This document shows, in pieces, positions 30,055 through 39,823 of a stretch of 64,000 bases of DNA. The stretch's first letter is position 1; every line of letters starts with the position of its first letter. Under the pieces are notes generated by a model that saw only the letters and a list, made by a program, of their open reading frames with translations, searched no databases and had not been told where the DNA came from. The stretch is from NCBI GenBank assembly GCA_963828675.1, contig CAWHFQ010000001.1:1538261-1602260 (forward strand), given 5' to 3'. This stretch comes from an uncultured Gammaproteobacteria bacterium (lineage in GTDB: Bacteria; Pseudomonadota; Gammaproteobacteria; Xanthomonadales; Rhodanobacteraceae). A program made the position numbers and the translations under genes.

Positions 30055-30650
30055 AGGGACGTCTGTTCACTCCCACCCAGTTGCCGACGCGGATGCCCCA
30101 TCTGCGCGACGGCTGGCAGCGCCGTACTTGTCGCAGCGTGCTGCGCCTGTGCGGCTGGAGTCTCACCGGTGAATTCCCGAATACGGCGAAACTTGTGCTG
30201 ATCGCCGCGCCGCATTCGTCCTGGTGGGACGGCGTGTGGGGCCTGCTGATCAAGGTGGCGATCGGTGCCGACGTGCACTTCATGGCCAAGCAGGAGCTGT
30301 TCCGCGGGGCGCTCGGCGGCCTGCTGCGCCGGCTCGGCGGCATGGCGATCGATCGCGGCGCCGCCAAGGGCGTGGTCGAGCAGATGGCCGACCAGTTTCG
30401 CCGGCGCGATACCTTCTGGCTCGGCATCGCGCCGGAAGGCACGCGCAAACCGGTGGCACGCTGGAAGAGCGGCTTCTGGCACATCGCCCACGATGCCGGT
30501 GTACCGGTGTTCCCGGTCGCCTTCCACTACCCAGACAAGACCATCCAGCTCGGCCCGCTGTTCGACACCAGCACGGACATGGAGGCGGACATCGCCCGTC
30601 TGCGCGCGTGGTACGCGCCGTTCAAGGGCAAGCATCGCGACGTGGATTAG
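30051..30650 (+). CDS. lysophospholipid (1-acyl-sn-glycerol-3-phosphate) acyltransferase family protein
   Basis: Contains the HSSWWDG (HX4D) motif and an IAPEGTR block. An ATGA overlap couples it to arfB. Confidence 0.75.
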   Translation: MKGRLFTPTQLPTRMPHLRDGWQRRTCRSVLRLCGWSLTGEFPNTAKLVLIAAPHSSWWDGVWGLLIKVAIGADVHFMAKQELFRGALGGLLRRLGGMAIDRGAAKGVVEQMADQFRRRDTFWLGIAPEGTRKPVARWKSGFWHIAHDAGVPVFPVAFHYPDKTIQLGPLFDTSTDMEADIARLRAWYAPFKGKHRDVD

Positions 30651-30688
30651 ACTGCTCCCGGCATCGACTGATGCACGGGGGAAAACTC

Positions 30689-31426
30689 ATGAGAACGGTA
30701 CTGCTGCTTGTCTTGATGCTCCTGGTGGTACCCGCCTGCATGGCCAGACAGGGCTGGAAGACGGTTGGGTCACCGATTACCGCTGCGCTGGACGTTGATG
30801 CGCAGGGACATGTCGTGCACGCGCAACTCTTGGGCAAAAACGTACTGCCGCAGTTGCAGTCGTTGACGGAGAAGACCACGCACAACTGGCGATTCGTGCC
30901 TGCGACGGTAGACGGCAAGCCTGCGTCAGCGCGTACTTACGCCATGTTTGGTGTGGAGATGCATGAGATCGATGGCAATCAGCAATTGCGGTTGCACTAC
31001 ATGCTTCATGGCCCGGGCCGAGACTTCGCACAATCGCCCGCATATCCCCCGGAAATGCTGAGGCAGCTAGTCGCGGCATCTGTCGTAATGGCATTCAACG
31101 TCAACGGCGATGGCAGCGTATCCAATGTCCACGTTGTCACCGCCAAGACCAGTGGCAGTGCAAGAGGTGCCGCCTTCTACGAGGCATCGATCGAAGCAAT
31201 CGAGAAAGACCGGTTCCTGCCTGAACTGGTCGATGGCCGGCCTGTGGTCACGCACATGCGCATGTCGATCAGCTTTGACATCGATGGATATGTAGCAGGC
31301 CAACTGCATCATGCGCTGGATGCCCCTCATGACAAGGCTGGCAGCGATAGTGTCGACGTAACCCGTTTCGCCGACATTCCGGTCGCCTTCGACAGCCCCT
31401 TGCATCTGGTGTCCACCCAACCCTGA
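30689..31426 (+). CDS. secreted protein with two TonB C-terminal-like domains
   Basis: A GGGGGA SD precedes the signal peptide MRTVLLLVLMLLVVPACMA. The second half has the TonB_C pattern SPAYPPEMLR...VVMAFNVNGDGSV.NVHVV...F.P..VDGRPV. The gene is visibly lower in GC than its neighbours. Confidence 0.6.
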   Translation: MRTVLLLVLMLLVVPACMARQGWKTVGSPITAALDVDAQGHVVHAQLLGKNVLPQLQSLTEKTTHNWRFVPATVDGKPASARTYAMFGVEMHEIDGNQQLRLHYMLHGPGRDFAQSPAYPPEMLRQLVAASVVMAFNVNGDGSVSNVHVVTAKTSGSARGAAFYEASIEAIEKDRFLPELVDGRPVVTHMRMSISFDIDGYVAGQLHHALDAPHDKAGSDSVDVTRFADIPVAFDSPLHLVSTQP

Positions 31427-31465
31427 CCGGGCGATGCCCGCATCGCCGTCGCGGCACTCGGGATT

Positions 31466-32503
31466 TCAGCGCCCCGAATGCCCGGGCTCGTCGTAGTCCC
31501 GCGCAAGCAACCCCGGGCGGACCAGGTCGATGAAAGCACGCGCCTCGGCGCTCAGGAACTTGCCCTTGCGCATCACCACACCGTAGCTGCGCTGCGGGAA
31601 GTACCGCTTCATGTTGCGCACGGCCAGACGCATGTGGTCGGCCTCGGTGATGCAGATGCCGGTGACGATCGAGATGCCCATGCCCATCGCCACGTATTCC
31701 TTGATCACGTCCCAGCCGCCGACCTCGATCGCCACGCGGTAGGGCACCTGGCGCTGCTGGAACACCAGGTCGACCAGCCTATAGGTGGACAGGCGCTGCG
31801 GCGGCAGGATCAGGCCATACGGCGAAAGGTCCTCCAGGGCGATCTTCTCCTTCGCCGCCAGCGGATGGTCCAGCGGCATGATCAGCATCGGATCGTAGTG
31901 GCGCACCGGCGCCCAGGCGATGTCATTGGGCACGTCCAGCATCGAGCCGACCGCGAAATCGGCGGCATCCGCGCGCAGCAGCGCCAGGCCATCCTTGCCG
32001 GTGACGTTGGCCAGCTGCAGTTGCACGGCGGGAAAGCGTTCGCGGTAGCGGCGCACCAGATCCGGCAGCAGGTACTGGATGGTGGAGGTGCCCGCGGCGA
32101 TGACCAGGCGGCCCGCTTGCAGGCCCTTCACCTTCGCCTGGAAATCGCGATCAAGGGTATCCCAGCCTTCAACGAGCGGCCGCGCCAGTTCGTAGAGTGC
32201 CTCGCCGGCATCGGTGAGGTTGACGCGGCGGCGGCGGCGTTCGAGCAGGGTTGCCCCCAGCTCCCGCTCCAGCGCCTGCAACTGCAGGCTGATGGTGGGC
32301 TGCGACAGATAAAGCGCCTCGGCGGCACGGGTCAGCGTGCCCAGTTTCACCACGCTGACGAAGGCCCGAAGCTGCTTGTGACGGTTGCCCTTGTAGTAGA
32401 AACGGCCGCCCGCATCGTCGGCGCGCTCACCGGCTTCGCGCTTTTTTGTTGCGCTGCTACGCAATTTTCTGGGCTTGTTCATCGCACCAGTCGGGATTTT
32501 CAT
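31466..32503 (-). CDS. LysR family transcriptional regulator with an about 40-aa basic N-terminal extension, divergent to aceB
   Basis: Contains the HTH block LRAFVSVVKLGTLTRAAEALYLSQPTISLQLQALE and a LysR substrate-binding domain. No alternative start lies closer to the HTH. Confidence 0.85.
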   Translation of the reverse strand: MKIPTGAMNKPRKLRSSATKKREAGERADDAGGRFYYKGNRHKQLRAFVSVVKLGTLTRAAEALYLSQPTISLQLQALERELGATLLERRRRRVNLTDAGEALYELARPLVEGWDTLDRDFQAKVKGLQAGRLVIAAGTSTIQYLLPDLVRRYRERFPAVQLQLANVTGKDGLALLRADAADFAVGSMLDVPNDIAWAPVRHYDPMLIMPLDHPLAAKEKIALEDLSPYGLILPPQRLSTYRLVDLVFQQRQVPYRVAIEVGGWDVIKEYVAMGMGISIVTGICITEADHMRLAVRNMKRYFPQRSYGVVMRKGKFLSAEARAFIDLVRPGLLARDYDEPGHSGR

Positions 32504-32625
32504 TGAGTATTTTCAGATGGTTGGATATTACATTGACTATGCTCATAGTAATGATTGAAACATTCACTTTGTCAAATACATGATTTCCAGCCTAGCTTCG
32601 AGTCACCTCGACCCGGAGCGAACGC
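32504..32625. promoter_or_regulatory. strongly AT-rich divergent promoter/operator region (LysR gene <-> aceB)
   Basis: This 122-bp spacer is far more A/T-rich than anything around it (attacattgactatgctcatagtaatgattgaaacattcactttgtcaaatacatgatt). No individual site is assigned. Confidence 0.5.
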
Positions 32626-34221
32626 ATGGCAGTCCCGCAAGAAAAACTCGGTATCGGCAGCCTCGAGGTCCATGCCAGCCACGCTGGCTACGAAGTCATC
32701 CTGAGCCCCGCGGCACTGGCCTTCCTGGCACGGTTGCACCGTCAATTCGACGCCACCCGGCAACAATTGCTGCAGGCCCGCCGCGAACGCCAGGCAGGCT
32801 ACGACGCCGGCGGCCTGCCGGATTTTCGCGCCGACACGCGGGCGATCCGCGAGTCCGACTGGACGGTGGCGCCGATCCCGGCCGCGCTGCGCGACCGCCG
32901 CGTGGAGATCACCGGCCCGGTCGAGCGCAAGATGCTCATCAACGCGCTGAATTCCGGCGCCAAGGTGTTCATGGCCGACTTCGAGGATTCCTCGGCACCG
33001 ACCTTCGCGAACCAGCTCGATGGCCAGGTGAATTTGCGCGACGCGGTGAACGGCGTCATCGAGTTCCGCTCGCCCGAGGGCAAAAGCTATCGCGTCAACG
33101 ACAACCCGGCGGTGCTGATGGTGCGCCCGCGCGGCTGGCACCTGCACGACAAGTTCTTCAGTGTGGACGGCGAGCCGATGGCCGGCGCACTGGTGGACTT
33201 CGGCCTGTTCGTGTTCCACAACGCCCGCACGCTGCACAGCCGCGATCGCGGCCCCTACTTCTACCTGCCGAAACTCGAAGCGATGGAGGAAGCCGCACTG
33301 TGGGAGAGGGTCATGGCCGCGGCGGAGGACGAGTTGCAACTGCCGGTCGGCACGATGAAGGCCACCGTACTGATCGAGACGCTGCCGGCGGCGTTCCAGA
33401 TGCACGAAATCCTGCATGCACTGCGCCGCCGCGCGGTCGGCCTCAACTGCGGTCGCTGGGATTACATTTTTTCGTACCTGAAAACCCTGCGCGGCCATCG
33501 CGACCGCCTGCTGCCGGAACGCGGCCAGGTACAGATGACCGCGCCGTTCCTGAAGGCGTACTCCGAGCTGCTGATCCAGACGTGCCATCGCCGCGGTGCA
33601 TTCGCGATGGGCGGCATGGCTGCGCAGATCCCGATCAAGGGCGACGAGGCGGCAAACGAGGCGGCGCTGGCCAAGGTGCGCGCCGACAAGCTGCGCGAAG
33701 TGCAGGCCGGCCATGACGGCACCTGGGTGGCACACCCGGCACTGGTACCGGTGGCGCAGCAGATTTTCGACGAGTACATGCCGGCACCAAATCAGCTGAG
33801 CGTGTTGCGCAACGACGTGCAGGCGAGCCGCGAGCAACTGCTCGCCGCTCCGAACGGCACCATCACCCGCGCCGGTTTCGACAACAACGTCGAGGTCTGC
33901 CTGCGCTACACCGCCGCGTGGCTGGACGGCCTCGGCTGCGTGCCCATCCATCACCTCATGGAAGACGCTGCCACTGCCGAGATCGCCCGCGCGCAGTTAT
34001 GGCAGTGGCTGCATCACGGAGATCTCGAATTCCCCGATCACGCACCGATCGATTTTGCCCTGTTCGACCATGCCGTGACCGCACACACCCATCGCCTGCG
34101 CGGCAGCCATCATCCCGGCGCCAACCGCGCCGACGATGCCGCCGCCCTGCTTGCGTCGATGACCCATGCCGACCAGCTCGGCGACTTCCTCACCCTGCCC
34201 GCCTACGACCAACTCGCCTGA
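32626..34221 (+). CDS. aceB: malate synthase A
   Basis: 531 aa. Contains [23 protein letters not shown] and CGRWDYIFS blocks characteristic of malate synthase A. Confidence 0.93.
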   Translation: MAVPQEKLGIGSLEVHASHAGYEVILSPAALAFLARLHRQFDATRQQLLQARRERQAGYDAGGLPDFRADTRAIRESDWTVAPIPAALRDRRVEITGPVERKMLINALNSGAKVFMADFEDSSAPTFANQLDGQVNLRDAVNGVIEFRSPEGKSYRVNDNPAVLMVRPRGWHLHDKFFSVDGEPMAGALVDFGLFVFHNARTLHSRDRGPYFYLPKLEAMEEAALWERVMAAAEDELQLPVGTMKATVLIETLPAAFQMHEILHALRRRAVGLNCGRWDYIFSYLKTLRGHRDRLLPERGQVQMTAPFLKAYSELLIQTCHRRGAFAMGGMAAQIPIKGDEAANEAALAKVRADKLREVQAGHDGTWVAHPALVPVAQQIFDEYMPAPNQLSVLRNDVQASREQLLAAPNGTITRAGFDNNVEVCLRYTAAWLDGLGCVPIHHLMEDAATAEIARAQLWQWLHHGDLEFPDHAPIDFALFDHAVTAHTHRLRGSHHPGANRADDAAALLASMTHADQLGDFLTLPAYDQLA

Positions 34222-34231
34222 CCACCGCCAC

Positions 34232-34310
34232 TGTGCGGGAGCGCACCTGTGCGCGATTGCCCCGAGATGGATGGCGCAAAGGCTGTCGCGCACAGGGTGC
34301 GCTCCCGCAA
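34232..34310. repeat. REP-like palindrome (GCGGGAGCGCACCTGTGCGCGA family)
   Basis: Arms are tgcgggagcgcacctgtgcgcga (34234-34256) and tcgcgcacagggtgcgctcccgca (34286-34309). It lies between aceB and aceA. Confidence 0.85.
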
Positions 34311-34333
34311 CGACCCACAACCGGAGCCACACC

Positions 34334-35632
<1,299 letters not shown>

Positions 35633-35707
35633 GCTTGCAACGGCTTGCCGGTTCGGGGCCGGGGTCGCTCGATCTGCTCGCACGATCACTGCAACAGACG
35701 AGGGTTG

Positions 35708-37555
35708 TCACATCGCAGATGTGACCGGAATACCCGACCGGGCAGTGACTGGCGCATCCGCATCGGTGGTCGCAACCAGCCGGTTGCGACCACCCTCCTT
35801 GGCCCGATAGAGCGCGGCATCGGCATCACCAAACAGCTGATGCAGCTGGTGGCCGGAGGCGTCGCTGCAGGCAAGGCCAAAGCTGGCGGAGACCGTGATC
35901 GTGTTCTGTCCGTCGAGAGTCAACGGATTCTCGATCAGATGGCGACGGATGCGGCTGGCGACTTCGATGCCGTGGTCGCGCGAGCAAGCCGGCATCAGGA
36001 TCCCGAACTCCTCGCCACCGAGGCGGCCGAATACGTCCGATTCGCGCAACTCGCTCCGGCAGATGGTTACCGCATGACGCAGCACTTCGTCGCCCGCCGG
36101 GTGCCCATGCGTGTCGTTGACGCGCTTGAAGTGATCCATATCCAGCACCACCAGGCAGACCTCCACGTTGGCCTTGTGCAATCGTCGCACGACCCTTCCG
36201 GCTTCATCGAAGAAATATCCGCGATTGAACGCTCCGGTCAGACCGTCATGCCGTGCCATCCGCCGAAAGCGCAGCTGCGAGCGCCTGAGCCAGAACATGG
36301 CGCCCATGATGAAGGCGAGCATCACTAGCAGCAGTGCAATGAGCAGGTGGCTGGTTTCCTGTGCCTGACTCGCCAGTGCCTGGCGCAGTTCGAGAATCCG
36401 GTTCTGCTTGCCCAAGGCGTCCAGCTTCATTTTCTTGGACAAGACATCCTGCTTGACCATCTGGTAAGCCAGGGCGCGTGTCTTGGCATCGTCCATGCCG
36501 GCCTTGTATTGGACTAGATACTTTTCGTAGTAACTCAGCGCCAGATGATCATTACCGGCCCGCTTCTCGATCTCGTAAAGCAGTTCATATGCCGTCTGCG
36601 CGGGCCAGGTGAAGTTGCCAGGATGGCTGGCCGCCACAACGGCCAGCGCTGCCTGTCTCGCATCAACGTCGTTGCCCTTGCTCACATAGGCCTGTGCGAG
36701 CGTGATGCCGAAGTCGGCAATATGCACCTGGTAACCGCCCCGCCGGATGCTCGGCTCGATGCTTTTCAACAGGGCAATCGCCTGATCCGGGTGATCTTCC
36801 TCGTTTAGCAAATCCGAACGAATGAGACGCAGCGTGTTGGCGTACACCATCTGATTGTCGGCAAGACACACAGCGATCGCCCGAAGAAGCATGGGATCTT
36901 TCGAGGAAAGCGTGACGGAATAGCTTATCGCATTGATCTTGTACTGGTAGTTCCCGCAGCGATTTTCGGGAGATGCCTCTTCAAGCTTCAACTGTTGGGC
37001 GTATTTCAGGGCTTGATCGGATTCGCCGGCCACATCAAGCATCTGGACGATCGAACGCAGGGCCTGGGCATGCGCCTTATCGTCAGTGACATGGGGCAGA
37101 TCGACCATCAACGTATTGGCCAACTGGAAGGCTTCTTCGTACTGATGATTGATCGCCAGGCTAGTGATCAGCTTCGCGGTTGCCAAGGTCGCCAATGCCG
37201 GATCGCCCGAATGGTTGATCACGTCGCGCAGGATGGGTGCAGCCTTGGCAAAATCCCCCACCATGCCTGGTTCATACGCATCCAGATATCGCAGATGCCA
37301 TCGCTGTACCGGAGAAAGCCGGCTTTCTTCTTGATGAAGCTGCTTGAGAGTGGCGAGGAAGCGTGCGTGGTCGGTCAGATGGAATTTTTCAGCCTGCTCA
37401 AGCAAGATGACTGGCTCGGTCATGTCAGGTGTCGCCACGTGTGCGTTGCCACTGGCAGCCACCAAGAGCGCCCCCGTGAAGAGGACGCATCTCGCGAAGC
37501 AACCTGACGCGAAACACTTCATGCATTTACCGGAAAGTTGTGGTGGCTGCGCCAC
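35708..37555 (-). CDS. diguanylate cyclase (GGEEF, with RxxD I-site) with signal peptide, large helical-repeat periplasmic domain and one TM helix
   Basis: Contains RESD-x5-GGEEF, DMDHFKRVND and YRAKEGGRNR. The N-terminal region of about 370 aa is TPR-like, followed by the TM helix LLIALLLVMLAFIMGAMFWL. GC is lower than in core genes. The start is the GTG at 37555 or the ATG at 37522. Confidence 0.88.
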   Translation of the reverse strand: MAQPPQLSGKCMKCFASGCFARCVLFTGALLVAASGNAHVATPDMTEPVILLEQAEKFHLTDHARFLATLKQLHQEESRLSPVQRWHLRYLDAYEPGMVGDFAKAAPILRDVINHSGDPALATLATAKLITSLAINHQYEEAFQLANTLMVDLPHVTDDKAHAQALRSIVQMLDVAGESDQALKYAQQLKLEEASPENRCGNYQYKINAISYSVTLSSKDPMLLRAIAVCLADNQMVYANTLRLIRSDLLNEEDHPDQAIALLKSIEPSIRRGGYQVHIADFGITLAQAYVSKGNDVDARQAALAVVAASHPGNFTWPAQTAYELLYEIEKRAGNDHLALSYYEKYLVQYKAGMDDAKTRALAYQMVKQDVLSKKMKLDALGKQNRILELRQALASQAQETSHLLIALLLVMLAFIMGAMFWLRRSQLRFRRMARHDGLTGAFNRGYFFDEAGRVVRRLHKANVEVCLVVLDMDHFKRVNDTHGHPAGDEVLRHAVTICRSELRESDVFGRLGGEEFGILMPACSRDHGIEVASRIRRHLIENPLTLDGQNTITVSASFGLACSDASGHQLHQLFGDADAALYRAKEGGRNRLVATTDADAPVTARSGIPVTSAM

Positions 37556-37565
37556 CTATCCAGAT

Positions 37566-37868
37566 TTAACCCAGATCTTCGTCACCCTTCTCGCTGGCGT
37601 CATCGTCAGTCTCGTGACTACTGTCATGGCCACCCTCAGGCTCGTCCTCATGCCCGCTGCCGGCAGCATTGGTCACGTGGTTGGGGTTCTTGATGTCCCT
37701 ATGGCCAAGTTCCTTTGTCAGGTGGCTGTCATCCCCAGAGATAGCCGCCTGCTTGAGTGCCTCACTAGCCTGCAGTCCAGTGAGTATTTGCGACAGGCTC
37801 TCTCCGGAAGCATGCCGCAATGAAGCGTCCCGCCCGATGGCCTCCAGCAGCTCAATGGTATTGCTCAT
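37566..37868 (-). CDS. borosin-type precursor peptide candidate A2 (100 aa; helical leader plus PNHV motif plus acidic/His-rich tail)
   Basis: An AGGGGA SD lies 5 nt upstream of the ATG at 37868. It is a paralogue of the 38625-38879 ORF (TIELLEAIGRDASLRHAS ... SHLTKELG ... PNHVTN). It sits next to methyltransferase remnants. Confidence 0.7.
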   Translation of the reverse strand: MSNTIELLEAIGRDASLRHASGESLSQILTGLQASEALKQAAISGDDSHLTKELGHRDIKNPNHVTNAAGSGHEDEPEGGHDSSHETDDDASEKGDEDLG

Positions 37869-38057
37869 ATTGTCCCCTAGTTTCGTTGTGAATGACTTGC
37901 CGGCCGAATCACGGGAGATGAGATCGCCCATGACGGGAAGCTGCGTGTCTCGGACGAAGCTCCACCGCTCTCGCGACCTCTACCCTGATATCGCCCTGAG
38001 CCTATCACGGTCCCAAAGATGCGAGCATCTCCGATTAGCCTGACGCTGTCCCAGGCT

Positions 38058-38350
38058 GCATCCAATGCCGCCACCGCCAACCGCTCGCGTACCGCCTGAT
38101 TGGGGCACAACGGAGCGGCGGGCGGAAGGATCACGGTCTCCTCGGCGGTTACCTCCGTCGCAGGCAAATCCGTCAGGGATACCCGGCGTACGCGCGGCTG
38201 CTGGATCGGCAGCGTCGTGCCGCGATAGATGATCAGCTCGTGATCCAGTGGGTAGTCTTTCTCAAGCACGTCCACCAGCACCTGCCGATATTCGGAACCG
38301 GTGGAAAAGTGTTTCAACGATCGGTCGCCCACCAGGCCCACTTGCCAGTG
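38058..38350 (-). pseudogene. 5'-truncated copy of the borosin-type N-methyltransferase gene (C-terminal ~100 codons only)
   Basis: About 80% nucleotide and about 85% amino-acid identity (hand alignment) to 39013-39287. Homology stops abruptly at about 38350. Only a TTG lies upstream, and the native stop is lost. Confidence 0.75.
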
Positions 38351-38404
38351 ACCTTTGAAACTTTGTTTCGAACTCTTCAAGCGGCAGCGTGCAATCGCGG
38401 TGAA

Positions 38405-38445
38405 GAATTAAAAGCCGAAGTCACGATAACCGCGACTTCGGCTTT
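38405..38445 (-). terminator. rho-independent terminator after precursor A1
   Basis: On the minus strand the sequence reads aaagccgaagtc-gcggttatcgt-gacttcggcTTTTAATTCTT: a 12-bp perfect stem followed by a U-rich tail. Confidence 0.7.
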
Positions 38446-38624
38446 AGGGAAAGCAAACCACAAGTTTTGTGTTCGGTCCAACTTCTTAGCTCGAATCACC
38501 GCACTAATCAGCGTGCAATGATTAGTCAATTAGTCGCCAAACGGCTCGACCATATGCCGTTCGCCAATCCGGCTCCTCTCAGCAGGAACTTGCCCTGATT
38601 GACAGTGACGATCGAAGTGGCCGG

Positions 38625-38879
38625 TTACGCCCCTTCTTCAAATATGAAATTGTTGACATGGTTAGGAGTGTCGCAATTCACGCTGCCGAGCTCCTCCGAC
38701 AAATGTGTGCCATCGCCGGTGGCGGCAGCGTGCTTCAAGCCTATCGTGGCGTTGGCGCGGACCAACGCCTCCAGCAAGGCTTCGGGTGAGGCGCGACGGA
38801 GCGATGCATCCGCCCCGATGGTTTCCAGCAGGGCAATGGTGTCCGTCGGGGGCATTACGTTATGTACGATGATCGGCAT
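38625..38879 (-). CDS. borosin-type precursor peptide candidate A1 (84 aa)
   Basis: An AGGAGA SD lies 4-5 nt upstream of the ATG at 38879, which is 90 nt downstream of the methyltransferase stop. The leader is TIALLETIGADASLRRAS...THLSEELG and the tail is NCDTPNHVNNFIFEEGA. Confidence 0.75.
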   Translation of the reverse strand: MPIIVHNVMPPTDTIALLETIGADASLRRASPEALLEALVRANATIGLKHAAATGDGTHLSEELGSVNCDTPNHVNNFIFEEGA

Positions 38880-38969
38880 GAGATTCTCCTGGTGCTTGTT
38901 GACAAATAGACCCGTCGAAACCGAAATGGCTTCTACAGGCTCTTTCCAGCGCCTCAAGTGCGCCCATTG

Positions 38970-39821
38970 CTAATTGCATGACGCAGCGATCAGTGCAGAC
39001 GCATCCAGCGCTGCCAACCGCTCCCTGACCGCCTGATTGGGGCGCAACGCGGACGCGGGCGGCAGGATCACGGTTTCCTCGGCGGTCACGTCCGTCGCAG
39101 ACAGATCGCGCAGAGCCACGCGACGGATGCGCGGCAGCTCGATCGGCAGGGTGGCCCCGCGATAGATAATCACCTCATGATCAAGCGGGTAGTCTTTTTC
39201 GAGTACGTCGACCAGCACTTGCCGGTATTCGGGCCCGGTGGAAAATCGTTTCAACGAGCGGTCGCCCACCAGCCCCACCTGCCACAGCACCAAGTAGGCA
39301 CCGGGATTGAGGGGCGTCTCGCAGAACAGTAACTGGCTCGCTTCGTAATGCTGACAACCGTAGCGACCCGGATCGATGCCGAGGTCGGCATACAGGCAAT
39401 CCTCGGCGGAGATGCCCGGCTCCATGTGCGCGCGGTAGCCTTCCGCTCGCGCCACCTTGATCACTTCGTGCGGCGACCAGGCAAATATGCCGGGATGGCC
39501 GTAGAACACGGCGCAGACTTTCCTGCCCGCGCGCACCTCGGCCATCATCACCTCGACCCACTCGCGGTAGGTAAGCAGGCGTGACTTGTCACCCTTGCCG
39601 TAATACGGCTGCAGGCTGCGTACATCCGGGTGCATGCTTTCCAGCCACATCTCCACGATGCCATCGGAGAGCGCAGCGAACACTACGTCCGCCTGTTCGA
39701 TATGACTGCGTGCCAGTGGGCTGAGATGCGAGCCGAGAGTCATGCCCAAGCCGACGCAGGCAATGCTTCCGCGTTGCTCGACGTTTTCGGGTATGGCTGT
39801 GATCGGTATATTCATATTCAT
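38970..39821 (-). CDS. SAM-dependent peptide alpha-N-methyltransferase, borosin (OphMA/SonM-like) family; tetrapyrrole-methylase fold
   Basis: Contains the blocks GSIACVGLG, YYGKGDKSRLLTY, CAVFYGHPGIF, EGYRAHMEPGISAEDCLYADLGIDPG, HYEASQ and LVLWQVGLVGD. These match my memory of the OphMA and SonM methyltransferase domains. The start is the ATG at 39821 or 39815. Confidence 0.85.
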   Translation of the reverse strand: MNMNIPITAIPENVEQRGSIACVGLGMTLGSHLSPLARSHIEQADVVFAALSDGIVEMWLESMHPDVRSLQPYYGKGDKSRLLTYREWVEVMMAEVRAGRKVCAVFYGHPGIFAWSPHEVIKVARAEGYRAHMEPGISAEDCLYADLGIDPGRYGCQHYEASQLLFCETPLNPGAYLVLWQVGLVGDRSLKRFSTGPEYRQVLVDVLEKDYPLDHEVIIYRGATLPIELPRIRRVALRDLSATDVTAEETVILPPASALRPNQAVRERLAALDASALIAASCN

Positions 39822-39823
39822 CA

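Noticed and set aside
37542-37556. The hairpin GGTGGC-tgc-GCCACC between precursor A2 and the diguanylate cyclase gene, as a possible terminator.
   Set aside because: It has only a 6-bp stem and no U-tract, and it overlaps the possible GTG start of the cyclase gene. There is not enough evidence to call it a terminator.
37877-38380. A 167-aa ORF that could be read as a second functional methyltransferase gene.
   Set aside because: Only the C-terminal ~100 codons are homologous to the full-length enzyme. All SAM-binding and catalytic N-terminal blocks are missing. The only start is a TTG without an SD. The frame runs on past the normal stop into the start of precursor A2. It is annotated as a truncated pseudogene instead.
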